This document shows positions 1-11,295 of a DNA stretch of 64,000 bases, piece after piece. The translations under genes and the position numbers were made by a program. Location: positions 345,516 to 409,515 of the forward strand of contig JADKKK010000003.1 in NCBI GenBank assembly GCA_016720545.1, read 5' to 3'. The notes beneath the pieces are model-generated. The model saw nothing but the letters and a program-made list of their open reading frames with translations, had not been told where the DNA came from and did not search any database. This DNA is from Myxococcales bacterium. GTDB taxonomy: Bacteria > Myxococcota_A > Polyangia > Polyangiales > Polyangiaceae. Within the stretch, counting starts at the first letter, position 1. Each line of letters opens with the position of its first letter.

Positions 1-570
1 CCGACCTCTCTCGCCGCGACCGCGAGGAGGATGGCCTGCCCGATCGACAGCAGGGCGTACGCGCGCCGACGAACAGCGCGAGCGGGCCGAGCTCGCGCGA
101 GTCGAGGGCGAGCGCCGTCGCCGAGGCGAGCACGAGCAGCACGTTGAAGTAGAACGACACGGCCGCCGCGCGCGCGGCCGACACCGCCCCGACGGGATCG
201 CAGCGGAGCAGCTTGGACCCCGACAGCCAGAGCCACGCCGCGAGGACGAGCCCCGGGATGCTGAGGAGCCCCGCCCATCGCGACCAAGCCGAGGGAGCGC
301 CCACGCGAGCCCGGCAGGAACATGGAGCCCATCACGAAGCGGCTCAGCGCGGCGAGCCGCACCACCCCGGCGCGCGCTCTGAGATGACCCGTGAAGACCG
401 GGCCGCCCGAGCGGTAGGCGCTGCGGTCGAGCACCTCGGGCGCCTTCCGGAAGGTCTGCCACGTAGGGCGGGTCTTCGCCTCCTCGCGGAGGTACACGGC
501 GCCCGCCAAAGGCGCGGCGTGGGTGATCGCGAACGCGCTGACGAGCCCGAAAAATATGCCGTCCGACATG
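1..570 (-). pseudogene. Integral membrane protein, N-terminal part (runs off window 5' end). Start ATG revcomp at 568-570 (MSDGIFFGLVSAFAITHAAPLAG...). Frame breaks about 250 nt in.
   Basis: Manual reverse translation gives a hydrophobic GC3-rich reading frame. A second frame continues with LLSIPGLVLAAWLWLSGSKLL...FYFNVLLVLASATALAL. No family recognised. Confidence 0.4.
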
Positions 571-787
571 GTTCCCGTCCAATCGTGAGCGACGCGGAGA
601 GCTCCCTGGGCCGGCGCTCCGCCCGTTCCCCCACCAGAGACGCTAGGGGTCGACCGCGCGCAGAGCAAGGCGGCGGGCGCGCGCGCCTGCCCCTCCCGGA
701 ACGCCCCCCGGGTGCGACGGCATTCCGCCGCGCTCGCCGCAGAAATCGTCGAGACCGTGACGGGGCGCGGGTATGCTGCGATCCCCC

Positions 788-1620
788 ATGATCGACAGTG
801 CCTCCTCCGTCCGCGCCCGGCTCGAAGAGACCGTCAGCGCCGTGCGCGCCAAGTCCTCCACCAACCTCGCGTCGGCCTCGTCCTCGGGAGCGGCCTCGGC
901 GCCTTCGGTGACACGCTCGACGACTTGGTAAAGATTCCTTACCATGAGCTGCCCCACCTCCCGCAGTCGAAGGTGGTCGGCCACTCGGGGAACCTCTGCT
1001 TCGGCAAGGTGAACGGCGTGCCGGTCGTGTGCGTGCAGGCGCATTCACCTCTACGAGGGGCACTCGGTGGAGGCCGTGGTGCACGGCGCGCACGCTCGCG
1101 AGGCTCGGGGTCGAGTCGGTGCTCACTCACGAACGCCGCCGGCGGCATCGAGCCGGAGTGGGCGCCGGGCGATCTCATGGTGCTCACCGACCACCTGGAC
1201 CTCACGGGGCACAACCCGCTCGTGGGCCCCAACGACGACGCGCTCGGCCCGCGCTTCCCGGACATGTCGGCCGCGTACGACCCGAAGCTCCGCGGCGCCG
1301 CGCACCACGCCGCCCGCGAGGCGGGGTTCTCCTTGCGCGAGGGCGTGTACGCCGGCCTGCTCGGGCCGACGCAGAGACCCCCGCCGAGGTGCGCATGCTC
1401 CGCGCCCGGCGCGCAAGCGGTGGGCATGAGCACCGTGCTCGACACCATCGCCCTCCGGCACATGAAGGTGCGGGTGGGCGCGCTGTCCTGCATCACCAAC
1501 CTGGCCGCCGGCCTCTCGAAGACCGAGCTCGATCACTCCGAGGTCGAGCAGACCGCGCGCGGCGCGCGCGAGCGGCTCACGGCGCTGCTGCGCGGCTGGA
1601 TCCAAGGGGCCGCGGCGTGA
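788..1620 (+). pseudogene. punA: Purine nucleoside phosphorylase (PNP/MTAP family), disrupted by at least 3 frameshifts
   Basis: MIDSASSVRARLEET... (frame 2), then VGLVLGSGLG...GHSGNLCFGKVNGVPVV (frame 1). HLYEGHS.EAVVH and TLARLGVESVL lie in two other frames. LTNAAGGI, GPNDDALGPRFPDMS, GMSTV and ITNLAAG are classical PNP motifs. Confidence 0.8.
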
Positions 1621-2065
1621 GCGGGCGAGCCCACCCGGCCCCAGGTCGATCTCCTCGCCGCGCTCGTCGCCGAGGCCCGCGGCCGCCAGGCGCGCGCGTA
1701 CGCCGTACTCGGGCTTCCACGTGGGCGCCGCGCTGCTCACGAAGAGCGGCCGGGTGTTCGTGGGTGCAACGTGGAGAACGCGTCTACCCGCGGGCATCTG
1801 CGCCGAGCGCACCGCCATCGTCTCCGCTGATCGCCGCCGGCGAGCGCGACCCCGTGGCGATGGCGATCGTCACGCCGGGCAAGCGCGGCGGCTCGCCGTG
1901 CGGCATCTGCCGGCAGACCCTGAGCGAGTTCGCGCGCGACATGCCAATCGCGCTCGTGGGCGTGGACGGCGACAAGGAGGCGCGGCGTGACACGCGGCTC
2001 GCGGCGCTCCTGCCGGACGCGTTCGACTTCGAGCCCGAGCACGACCCGCGCTCGCGCAAGAGCCC
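1617..2065 (+). pseudogene. cdd: Cytidine deaminase, frameshifted. GTG start overlaps the punA stop (GTGA). True 3' end uncertain, between 2065 and 2159.
   Basis: AYA(P)[26 protein letters not shown]...AGICAERTAIV.. then ..GERDPVAMAIVTPGKRGGSPCGICRQTLSEF. Zinc-binding CAER and PCGxCRQ motifs are present. One deleted C at gccccg breaks the frame. Confidence 0.8.
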
Positions 2066-2122
2066 TGACCCCGGGCGAGCCCAGGGCCGGCGCAAACGTG
2101 CAGGTTGCACACACGTCGTCGC

Positions 2123-3337
2123 TCAGAAGAAGCGCAGGCCAAACCCGATGGGCGCGTAGAGCACGCGGTTGTCGTTGGCGGGTTCGCGAAAATAGTAGCC
2201 AATGCTCGCTGTGATGAGCCACTGGCCATAGGGCTTCGTGGCCACCGAGAAGGCGAGGTCGAAGGTGGGCGAGAACACGATGTTCGTCGCCAGCTTGGTC
2301 GTCCCGGTGCAGCTCTGCGCCTGCCCGCCGAGCAGGCCAACCCCGAGCCACGCCCAGTCGCGCGCGCACGGGAGATCGCCGGGCCCATGGAGAGAAGTTC
2401 GAGCCCGCCACGCTGCCACACTCCGACCCGATGGCGGTGAGCGCGCGGACGAGGATCTCGGCGCGGCGCGTGAACGCGTAGCCGCCCTCGACCGCGAGCG
2501 ATGGAGGCGCCGGTCGCGCTCGCCTCCTGCGGGCCTTGTCGGCCTTGAAGAAGGCGTAGGGGACCGCGACGAAGTGGGCGCCGAACACGAAGCCGTCGGG
2601 CGCCGGAGCCGGCGGAGTCTTCGGAGGCACGGGCGGCGTAGGCGCGGGCACCTCGGCCGGCGGGGGCGTGACGCCGGGCGCGCGGCGCAGGCATCGCAAG
2701 ACTGGGCCGCTTGAACCTGAGCGTCTCCGACGCGCGGGGCCCAGTGTGAGATCGCGCTCTTCGCGGTACTCATCGGCCTCCACGACGACGTGGTGGGCGC
2801 CCGCGCCGAGGAGCACGGCGGTGGGGGTGCGCTCCTGCAGCTGCGCACCGTCGATGAAGACGCGCATGCCGGGCGGCTCGCTCTCGACGCGGAGGCGCGC
2901 CGCGCGCGCCTTCAGCTGTGCGGCGGCGACCGCGGCGGCGGTGGCGAACTCGCCCCGCTCGCCCTCGTCGGCGATGTACCGCTCATAGCCGTCGACGGCG
3001 GCCTGGACGCGCCCGAGCCGCTCGTCGCAGGCGCGAGGTTGTAGACGATGACCGGAGCGTGGTGGAGCTGCTCCGCCTCGGCGAAGCGCTGTCGTGCGCC
3101 GAGGACGTCGCCACCCTGGTAGAGCTTCCTCCTCCTGGAAGAGAGAGCGCCCGCTCCACCGCCGGTGCTTCCGGCGCGGCCCGCGACTCCTCGGCGCGGG
3201 CTGCGCGGGGGCGCGGCGGCGCCCCAGGTGAAGGTGGAGGCGCACGCGCACGCCACGCCAGCGCGCCGAGGCGGGCGGTGCGCGCCGACCACGGCCCCTC
3301 CCGCCCTCGCACGCACCGCATTCACGCGAGCGACCAC
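2123..3337 (-). pseudogene. PEGA-domain outer-membrane beta-barrel protein with TPR-like N-terminal segment and Pro-rich linker; frameshifted
   Basis: PEGA motif MRVFIDGAQLQERTPTAVLLGAGAHHVVVEADEYREERDL. Linker PPPAEVPAPTPPVPPKTPPAPAP. C-terminal OMP signature ...YAPIGFGLRFF ending in Phe. The 5' boundary is approximate. Confidence 0.55.
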
Positions 3338-3395
3338 GCCTGGAAGCTAGCAGGCGCGACGCGGCGCGGGCCGAAAAACGCGCCCTCGCGCGACT

Positions 3396-4843
3396 CTACT
3401 TCTCCACCTTGCAGTCGAGATCCTCGCTCACGAGCTCTCCGCCCGCGGCGCCGCCGTCACGCACGTAGACGACGGTGAACCCGCCACGCGGCTTCGCGAA
3501 CAGGCGCGCCTCGGACGCCTTCTCGTCGTCCTTCGACACGGCGTACGCGCGCCCCTGCGAGCGGAAATCAGCGCCGATCGGCATGATCCGAGGTGCCCTT
3601 CCCTTCTCGACGTCGTCGAGGTAAGATCCAGCGCTGGCCCTTGTCGTCGCGGAGGGACTCGGGCGCGGGCCGTGTGCGCCGTGAGTCTTCGTCGGTCACG
3701 TTCGTGGGCCCTGCGGGCAGCGTACCGCCCGCGACGCGCGCGCCGCGAGGGTCCTGCACGCCCCTTGCCGGTCGCCTGGGCCGCCATGAGCACGGTGTCG
3801 CGCCGTCGCGGGCGATGTCGGGCATCTGGAGTAGCCGGGGTAGCTCTTCGGCGCCCATCGGCTTCTTGTCGTGCGACACGAACGACGCGACGAGCCGCCC
3901 GCGTGCCACGAAGAACGAGCCATCCCGAAGCCGTCGGAGATGGGTGTCGTAGTCGATTCCTGGAACGGGCTCGCGCTCATCGGCGTGGCGTACGAGGGCC
4001 CTCGCTGTTCCGGCCTGGCGATGGTGAGCCTCGCCTGGGACTTGGCGTCCGCCTCCGTCCACCACCGGACCTTGAAGCTCGACACGACGACCTCCTCGTT
4101 GCGCTTGTGGGGTCGAAGAACGGACGGCAGTCGCGCTCGCGGTAGGGCCAGGCCGCCGTGATGTGGTGGGCGGCGACGAACGCCGGCACCGGGTCTTTCG
4201 AGGTCTTTGGATCATCGAGCACCGCCGGGCGCTTCCAGTCGACCCCAGCGCTCCGTGACGTTCGGTGGGGCCGCACACGATGGCGCTGCTTTCCGGGCCC
4301 GCCGGGTCGGGCGCCCTGGAACCTCGCGAAAGTCGACGAACGCCCCACGTTCGCGCCCTCGATCTTCGCGGGCGTCACGCGCCAGATGATGCGCGTCCCT
4401 CGCCGGCCTTCGGGGCGCTTGGCGAACTCGAGCCGGGTTCAGGTGACCTTCTTTAGGCCGCCCGCCGCCCTCTCCTTTGACGTTGAAGAGCACGCACGGC
4501 GTGTTACCGAGCGCGAGCCCGACGACGTCGGTGCCGTCAGGGGTCCCTCCGCCGTGAGCCCCGTGAGTGTTGACCCTTGGTCCACACCTTCTGGTTCACC
4601 GTGCAGGTGGGCTTCAGCTCCGGCGCGCTCGGCGCGCTGGACGCTCGCCGTCGCGACGGGCTGCCCGACCGCCGCGCTCGCCGTGGCCGACGAAGCATTG
4701 GCGGCGCCGCCGGTGTCGTCGCTTCTTCTTGGGCAGCCCAGGAGGGCCGTCGCGGAGAGCGGTGACGACGAGAGGCAACAGCGGAGCGGCCCTTGCTCAC
4801 GGGCGATGCTACCAAGGTGCCGCTCGCGCGTCAACCCCAACAC
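3396..4843 (-). pseudogene. Secreted or lipoprotein of unknown family, mosaic of at least 5 frames. Contains the apparently intact 62-aa tail ORF 3396..3584.
   Basis: Protein-like segments in successive frames. Lipobox-like N-terminus ...ATALLGC. Then KPTCTVNQKVWTKG, PDGTDVVGLALGNTPCVLFNVKGEGGG, VAAHHITAAWPYRERDCRPFFDPT, SSFKVRWWTEADAKSQARLTIARPEQRGPSYA, GIDYDTHLRRLRDGSFFVARGRLVASFVSHDKKPMGAEELPRLLQMPDIARDG and MPIGADFRSQGRAYAVSKDDEKASEARLFAKPRGGFTVVYVRDGG...DCKVEK. Confidence 0.45.
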
Positions 4844-4846
4844 ACC

Positions 4847-7043
4847 TCAGTCGGACGGTTCTTGCGGCGTCGCGTCGTCTTCGGCACCTTGCCCTCGGCG
4901 GAGAACGCTGCGCAGTGGGCATCTGCCGGAAGCGGCTCTGGCCGGGCCGCGACCTCCGCGACGCGGACCACCTCTCCGGTGCTCTTGGAAGCGGTACTGC
5001 GAGCGGAACGCCGGCGCGCCCGCCTTTGGCCGACCCCTGGCCAGCGCCCGTCGCTCTGGAGGGCCCACGACCCGGCCGTGTCCTGGCTCGAGATCGAGCA
5101 TGTCCGCGCGGAGCTTCGCGCGCAGGGTGGCCCTCGATGGGGATCATCACCTCGACCCGCCGGTGAGGTTTCGCGGCATCCAGTCGGCGCTCGAGAGATA
5201 GGACCTCCTCTTTTCCGCCGTTGAAGCGGAAACACGCGACCGTGCTCAGGTACCGATCGACGATGGCGCGCCACCTCTGATGTTTTCGCTCACGTTCGGG
5301 ACACCGGGTCGCAGGCAGCAGATACCGCGAATGAGCAAGGTGATCTGCGCCTGCCTGGGAGGCGCAGTAGAGGGGCCTCGATCACGTCTTCGTCGACGAG
5401 CGAGTTCATCTTGGCCACGATGCGCGCCGGCTTCCCGTGGCGAGCCTGCTCGGCCTCCCGCGCGATGAGGCCCAGCACCCCCTCGTGGAGGCCGAGGGCG
5501 CGACGATGAGCGGGTTCCACGCGCCGGGCGCTGTAGCCGGTGAGCAGGTTGAAGAGCGACGACGCGTCTTCCCCGATGCTGGTGCGGCACGTGAGGAGCA
5601 GAAACGTCGGTGTAGTGCCTCGCGGTCCCCGGGTTGTAGGTGCCAGTCGACAGGTGCACGTACCGCCGCAGTCCGGCGCGCGCCGGACGATGAGCAGGCA
5701 CTTCGCGTGGGTCTTGAGGCCCATGAGGCCATGACCACGTACACGCCCGCTCTGCTCGAGGGTGCGGGCCCACTGGATGTTGGACTCTTCGTCGAAGCGG
5801 GCCTTCGAGCTCGACGATGGCGGTGACCTGCTTGCCCGACTCCGCGGCCCGCGCGAGCGCCTTGACGATGGAGAGTCGCCGCCGGCGCAGTAGAGGTCTG
5901 CTTGATGCCAACACGTCAGGGTCTTCGGCCGCGCGGCTGACGAGTTCGACGATCGGATCGAACGACTCGTAGGGGTGGTGAAGCAGGATGTCGCCGTCAC
6001 GGATGGCAGCGAAGATGTCCTCCGCGTCGCGCAGCCAGGGCACGGCAAGCGGCACGTCCGGCTCATCCCGCAGGTTGCGCCGCTCCTCGCGCGCGAACAG
6101 CGCGAGGGGATCGCTCACGTTCAGGACCGCCGTCGTGCGGTAGACGTCGCGCACGGGTCGAGCTTCAGGGCCTTCACCAGCTTGGAGAGCGACGCCTCGG
6201 TGTACTCTCGGACACCTCCAGCCTGACGGCGTTGCCGCGCTCGCGGCGGCGGGGCTCTCCTGCTGAATCGTCTGGAGGAGATCTTCCGCCTCCTCCTCGT
6301 CGATCTCGATGTCGAAGTTGCGTGTCACGCGGAACGCGTAGACCCCCTTCAGCCGCACCCCTGGGAAGATCATGTCGACGTGCCGCGCGACGATGTCCTC
6401 GAGCAGCACGAACGCGTGCGGCGCGACGACGCCGCGGCGCTCGGGACCAGGCCCACCATCATGAGGCGAGCAACATCGTGGGCACTTGCACGACGCCGAA
6501 GTTCACGTCGCCCGAGCCGTCGCGCGAGAACATGACGCCGAGGTTCAGGCTCTTGTTGCGCACGTGAGGAACGGGTGCCCCGGGTCGATCGCGATGGGCG
6601 TGAGGACCGGGAAGATCTCGCTGTGGAACCGCTCGTCGAGGCGGGCGAGCGCGTCCTCGGGGAGCTCCGCGGGCTTCAGCCACGCGTAGCCTTGCTCGGC
6701 CAGGGCGGGCAGGAGGTGGTGCTTCAGCACCTCGTCCTGGTGGAGCATCATCTCGTGCACTCGCTCGGAGATGCGGGTGATCTGTCGGCCGCACGCTCAT
6801 GCCGTCGGGGCGATCTCGCCGACCACGCCGGTGAGCTGCTGCTTAGGCCGGCCACCCGGACCATGAAAGAACTCGTCGAGGTTCGGGTGACGATCGCGTG
6901 GATTTCAGGCGCTCGAGGAGCGGCACGGTCTCAGTCTCGGCCTCGGCCAGCACGCGCGCGTTGAACTCGAGCCAGGACGCTCGCGGTTCCAGATAGAGGT
7001 GCGGGGCGCGCAGGTCGTCGGCCTCGCGGCTCGCCGGTGGCAT
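4847..7043 (-). pseudogene. ppk1: Polyphosphate kinase 1, at least 5 frameshifts. 3' end approximate.
   Basis: Start MPPASREADDLRAPHLYLEPRASWLEFNARVLAEAETETVPLLERLK (ATG revcomp 7041-7043). N-domain FHSEIFPVLTPIAIDPGHPF. Catalytic ...KTHAKCLLIVRR, YVHLSTGTYNP.TAR.YTD, FNLLTGYS, KMNSLVDE. C-terminus IVDRYL..FNGGKEEV...RRVEVMIPIE...LDLE. Confidence 0.85.
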
Positions 7044-7555
7044 CGACGCGGAGGTCGGTGCGGTCCGGCGGGCGACGTGGTGGAGAGCGGCGCCGGCTCG
7101 ATGGGATCCATGCGTGGTCCGTTCTGCAAGAACGCTTTCGGAACACCAACTTGCGCGCAACCTAGCCCGACCTGCGTCAGGGTCACGGGAGGCGACGACC
7201 CGGGGGCCGACGGCTGGTCGAAGCGCGGCGCGCTCCGACAGCGCGGTCGTTCCGCAAGAAGACCGCGTGCCCTGAGTTCGCCGTCTCCGTGTAGCTCGCG
7301 AGACCCACGCCGCGCTCTCGGGGCGGTGCTCCCCCCGAAATCGCGGACCGACTCCTGCCAGGTGATGAGCGGCGCTTTGTCGTGAAACGAACGCGGCCGG
7401 CGGCTTCGCGCGGAGCGCGCGAGGGAAGTCGCGCTCGTGCTCGTCGCGGAGGGCCACGATCTGGCGGGCCTGCACGGGGTTGGGGTGGAGGCCGACGGGA
7501 TCCGGCAGGTTGCCGCCCGCGAGCGCGGCGTCCGGGTTAGGTCGTAGGCGTAAAT

Positions 7556-8755
7556 TTAGGGCGTCGCGCTGAGTCGCTGGGCGAGGAAGAGGACGTAGGG
7601 GGGTCCATGCCGTAGGTCTGGACGCGCTCGTCCGGTTGGGTCGTGAGGCGCAGGTACAGAGGCGGCCTGACGGAGCTCCCACGGGAAGAAGTCGCTCGTC
7701 TGGAAGTACACGAGGTAGTCGTGCGACGTGCGCTCGATGGGGTCCCGGGCCTTCGTGAGGAGCCAGAGGCCCTGCACGTACGGCGAAATCGGCATCAACG
7801 TGGCGACCCGCAGCAGAGCGCGGCGCGCCGCAACGATGGGCAGGAGGCGATCGGGACGCCGCCGGGGCGCGGAAGGTGCGCTCGGCGTACCAGCAGACGA
7901 GCAGCACCCACTGGAGGCTCACCCCGCGCTCACCGGGTGGAAGTGGTAGGGAACCCTTTGCGCTGCGCGAGCATTTGCTCGCGAGGCCACTAGCGGGGGG
8001 CGAGCGCGATGGCGAGCGCGGCGCGGCAGCGTGCCCGTCGCGATGAGGCTCACGCCATCACCGCGCTCGTGGCGACCGCCGCCGCGGCGGGTGGAGAAGC
8101 CATCGAGGCCGAGGATCTCGTAGGGGGTGCGCGGCCAGATGAACCGGTACATGAGCGGCACGTCGACGAGGTAGGTGCGGAAGAACACCACCAGGTCCCC
8201 GAGGACCGCGAGGTAGAGCAACTGCGTGGCCGCGCCGAGCGCCGCGCCGACCGCGAAGGCGAAGAGCCGTCGCTTGCGGGGAGTGGGCACGTCGTCCACG
8301 AGGAGGGTCGCGATCTGAACGACCGTGAACAGGGCGTACGTGGGACGCCGAACCACAAGATGAGCGAGCGCGCCCGCCCACACGAGCGCAGCGCGCCCAG
8401 GGAACCAGGCCCCCTCCCCCGCGCGGCTGATGGCGGCGTCGGACTCGCCGTTCCGCATGCGGTCTTGGGCGGCGAGCGGGAGGCCGAGGAGGTCAGCGGG
8501 AACCAGTCGCGAAGCTCTCTCGCTGGGCCGTCCCAAAAATGTAGAGGAGATACTGCCCGCACTCAGCACCACCCAGGCGGCCAGCGCCCAGCCGGACCGG
8601 GAGGCGATCTCGCGGACCCACCGGGCGGCAGGCCCTGCCCGGAAGGTTCGGCCTCGCCCGCCGCCCGATCCAGGGATGCACGCGCCCACGAACGCGAAGG
8701 CGACGCCGCTCTCGAGATCGAGGACATGGAAGACGTGCTCGTCGGCGCCTCCCAA
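7556..8755 (-). pseudogene. Polytopic membrane protein, possible GT87/DUF2029-like glycosyltransferase; frameshifted across 7919/7922
   Basis: Multiple TM segments (WALAAWVVLSAGSISSTFLG, ALFTVVQIATLLV, LFAFAVGAALGAATQLLYLAVLGDLVVFF). Continues after a frame break as SLQWVLLVCWYAERTF...MPISPYVQGLWLLTKARDPIERTSHDYLVYFQTSDFFPWE. The family assignment is a guess. Confidence 0.4.
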
Positions 8756-9159
8756 CGAGAAACGCGATGTGGACCCGGTGGGTCAGCGGGCCGTTGACGT
8801 CGCGCACGTCGCGGTAGTCCACGTCGCCCTTCAGCACGGCCCAGGCGATGTACTGGAAGATCCCCTGGTCGCGCCCGAGCAGCCGAGGTCGCCCGGCAGG
8901 TGGCGTCGACCCACCAGTAGAGCGGGGGAGCGCCACGACCAGCGCGGGAGCAGCACCCGGAGGGCTCGCTGCCCCGAGGACGAGGCTCTTCTTGCGGGGC
9001 TCGCGGGCATGTCGGCGCCCGGCGTGCTTCCCATCATTGGCCCGGAGAAGCAAGCGCGGGCCGCCCCACCCCGTGGGGCTGGACACCTGCGACGTGCCTG
9101 CAAAAGGGCTCACGTCCCGACCCCAGAGGGGAGCACAATTCCGCTCCACTCCCAGGCGA

Positions 9160-10254
9160 AGCTGTTCGGCGCCTCAACGTCCCTCAAGCCGGTCCTGGAG
9201 CGCGCCCGCGCCCTGGCCGAGACCCTCGAGCTGGCTCAGGGCAAGCATCTGCTGGTCTCGCTGCGCGGCACCCCGATCCCGACGGGATCGCCTCCGCGCT
9301 CGCGCTGTCGCACATCGCGCTCCGGCTCGGTGTGGGACGTGACGTGGTGGTTACCGCGATCTGTCGCACCGCGAGAACCGCGCGCTGGTGAAGCTGCTCA
9401 ACATCGAGCTCAGAAGATGCGTAGTGTCGCGGAGATAGGTCAGGTCGACTACCTCGCGTTCGTCGACTCCCGACATCGATCCCGACCTCGGGGCGCCGGG
9501 GCATCGAGGTGCTCGCGATCGTAGACCACCACCGCGCGCAGACCCCCCAAGGCCCGCTTCGTGGACATGCGCCTCGACGTAGGGGCCACGGCGACGATGC
9601 TCGGGTACCTCCAGGAGCTGGCGCCGCTCGACAACTCGAGCGAGGAAGACCGCCGCGTGGCGACCGCGCTCATGCACGGTCTCGCGACCGACACCGACGA
9701 CTTCCAGCTCGCCAAGGGCATCGACTTCCGGGCCGCGGCCTACCTCACCGAAATGTGCGACAAAGACCTACTCACCGACCTCAGCCGGCGCCTCATCGCG
9801 CCCGAGGCGATGGACGTCATCGCCCGCGCGCTCGCGTCGCTCACGGTCCGGAGAAACTTCGCCATGGCCGGGGTCGGGTTCGTCTCCGACGGCGATCGCG
9901 ACACGGTCGCGCAGGCCTCGACTCCTCGTACGCCGCGAGGACATCGACACCGTGGTGGTGTACGGCGTCGTCGGCGAGCGGTTCATCGAAGGATCGCTGC
10001 GCACGCATTCGGCGAGCGTCGACCCCGCCGCCTGGCTCGAGAAGGCGTTCGGGCACGACGACCGCGGGCGCGCGTACGGCGGCGGCCGCCGCGACAAGGG
10101 CGGCTTCCGCATCCCGATCGGGTTCCTTGGCCGCTCGACCGACCGCGCGCAGCTCTGGCAGCTCGTGGAGCACGCGATGCGGCAGGCGCTCGTGCGCCAG
10201 CTCGGCGACGAGGCCATCCCTCAGCTCCCGCCCTCTGTCCAGACTCCGGGCTGA
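9160..10254 (+). pseudogene. DHH-family phosphoesterase (NrnA-like, DHH plus DHHA1), frameshifted. Start not resolved.
   Basis: LKPVLERARALAETLELAQGKHLLVSL then (frameshift) H..PDPDGIASALALSHIALRLGVGRDV. DHH motif GIEVLAIVDHH. DHHA1 tail VVYGVVGERFIEGSLRTHSASVDPAAWLEKAFGHDDRGRAYGGGRRDKGGFRIPIGFL. Confidence 0.7.
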
Positions 10255-10261
10255 AGGGTCG

Positions 10262-11245
10262 GTGGCCCGCCTCCGCGTCGCCTTCGTCGGGCTGCCGCTC
10301 GCGGCGCTCCTGCTCGCCGCGGACGGCCACGACGTGGTGTACGCGGGCATTTGCCGGGATCGCGCGCCGGGCACCCGCCGGCTTCGGGCGCGACTCGGCC
10401 GGGGCCGCGTGTTCGTGAAGCCAAGCCTCACCGCCCACGCCGACCGCGTGCGGGCCCTCGCGCCCGACGTCGTGGTGAGCTGGTTCTGGACTCGCAAGGT
10501 GCCGGCCTCGTTCCGGGAGGCCGCCCGCCTCGCGGCGTTCGGCGTGCACCCGTCGCTCCTGCCTCGCCATCGCGGCGGAGACCCGTATTTCGCAGCCATC
10601 GATGCCGGGGACACGGTGACCGCCGTCACCGCCCTGCTCCTCGTAGACGCCGACGACACGGGGCACGTTCTCGGGCGGCGCGCGCTCACGTTCGACCCGT
10701 CGTGGAGCGCGTGGCGGCTGGCGAAGCGCCTCGATCGCCCCTCGCTCTCGCTGCTCCGGGAGGTGACCCGCGCCTACGCGGAGGGCCGGCCGCCCACGCC
10801 CGAGCCTCAAGACGAGGCGCTCGCGACCGAGGCAGGGCTGCTCTCGGAGGAAGACCTCGAGCTCGATCTGTCCATGACGGCGGAGCAGCTGGCCCGGCGC
10901 GTGCGGGCGGCGAGCCCGTACCCGGGCGCGTACCTGTTCGTGGGCGAGGCGCTCCTCACCATCGTCCGCGCCGAGGCGACGCCGGCCGCGCCGCACGGTC
11001 TTCAGCCCGGCGAGATCGCCGTGGATCCGGGGGGCGCGGCGATCGTCAAGACCCGCGATGGCGGCCTCCGTCTGCTCGCGGCGCGCCTCGCTGACGACGA
11101 CGACGACGCGCCGGACGAAGCGGGCGAGCGCGAGCCGGGGCCGGAGCGGAGCTGGATCGTGGCGAGATCGCCGATCTCGTGCGCGCGCTCGCGCGGGGAG
11201 GCGAGGAAAGACGGTTCCCTTGAACCGAAGGCTTACGTAGACTGA
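10262..11245 (+). CDS. Formyltransferase-family protein (methionyl-tRNA formyltransferase-like)
   Basis: GTG start 7 nt after the DHH stop. VARLRVAFVGLP, VVSWFWTRKVP and HPSLLPRHRGGDP match the Fmt HxSLLPxxRG motif. The Asp-rich C-terminal tail may hide a frameshift. Confidence 0.65.
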   Translation: MARLRVAFVGLPLAALLLAADGHDVVYAGICRDRAPGTRRLRARLGRGRVFVKPSLTAHADRVRALAPDVVVSWFWTRKVPASFREAARLAAFGVHPSLLPRHRGGDPYFAAIDAGDTVTAVTALLLVDADDTGHVLGRRALTFDPSWSAWRLAKRLDRPSLSLLREVTRAYAEGRPPTPEPQDEALATEAGLLSEEDLELDLSMTAEQLARRVRAASPYPGAYLFVGEALLTIVRAEATPAAPHGLQPGEIAVDPGGAAIVKTRDGGLRLLAARLADDDDDAPDEAGEREPGPERSWIVARSPISCARSRGEARKDGSLEPKAYVD

Positions 11246-11295
11246 GGCGCTCGACCATTCGCGCCCCCTCGGCCCCGCAAGAGAGCCATCGGGTA

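Noticed and set aside
8009-8797. 262-aa plus-strand ORF
   Set aside because: Arg/Gly/Glu-rich composition and exactly antisense to the polytopic membrane-protein gene. GC-driven open frame.
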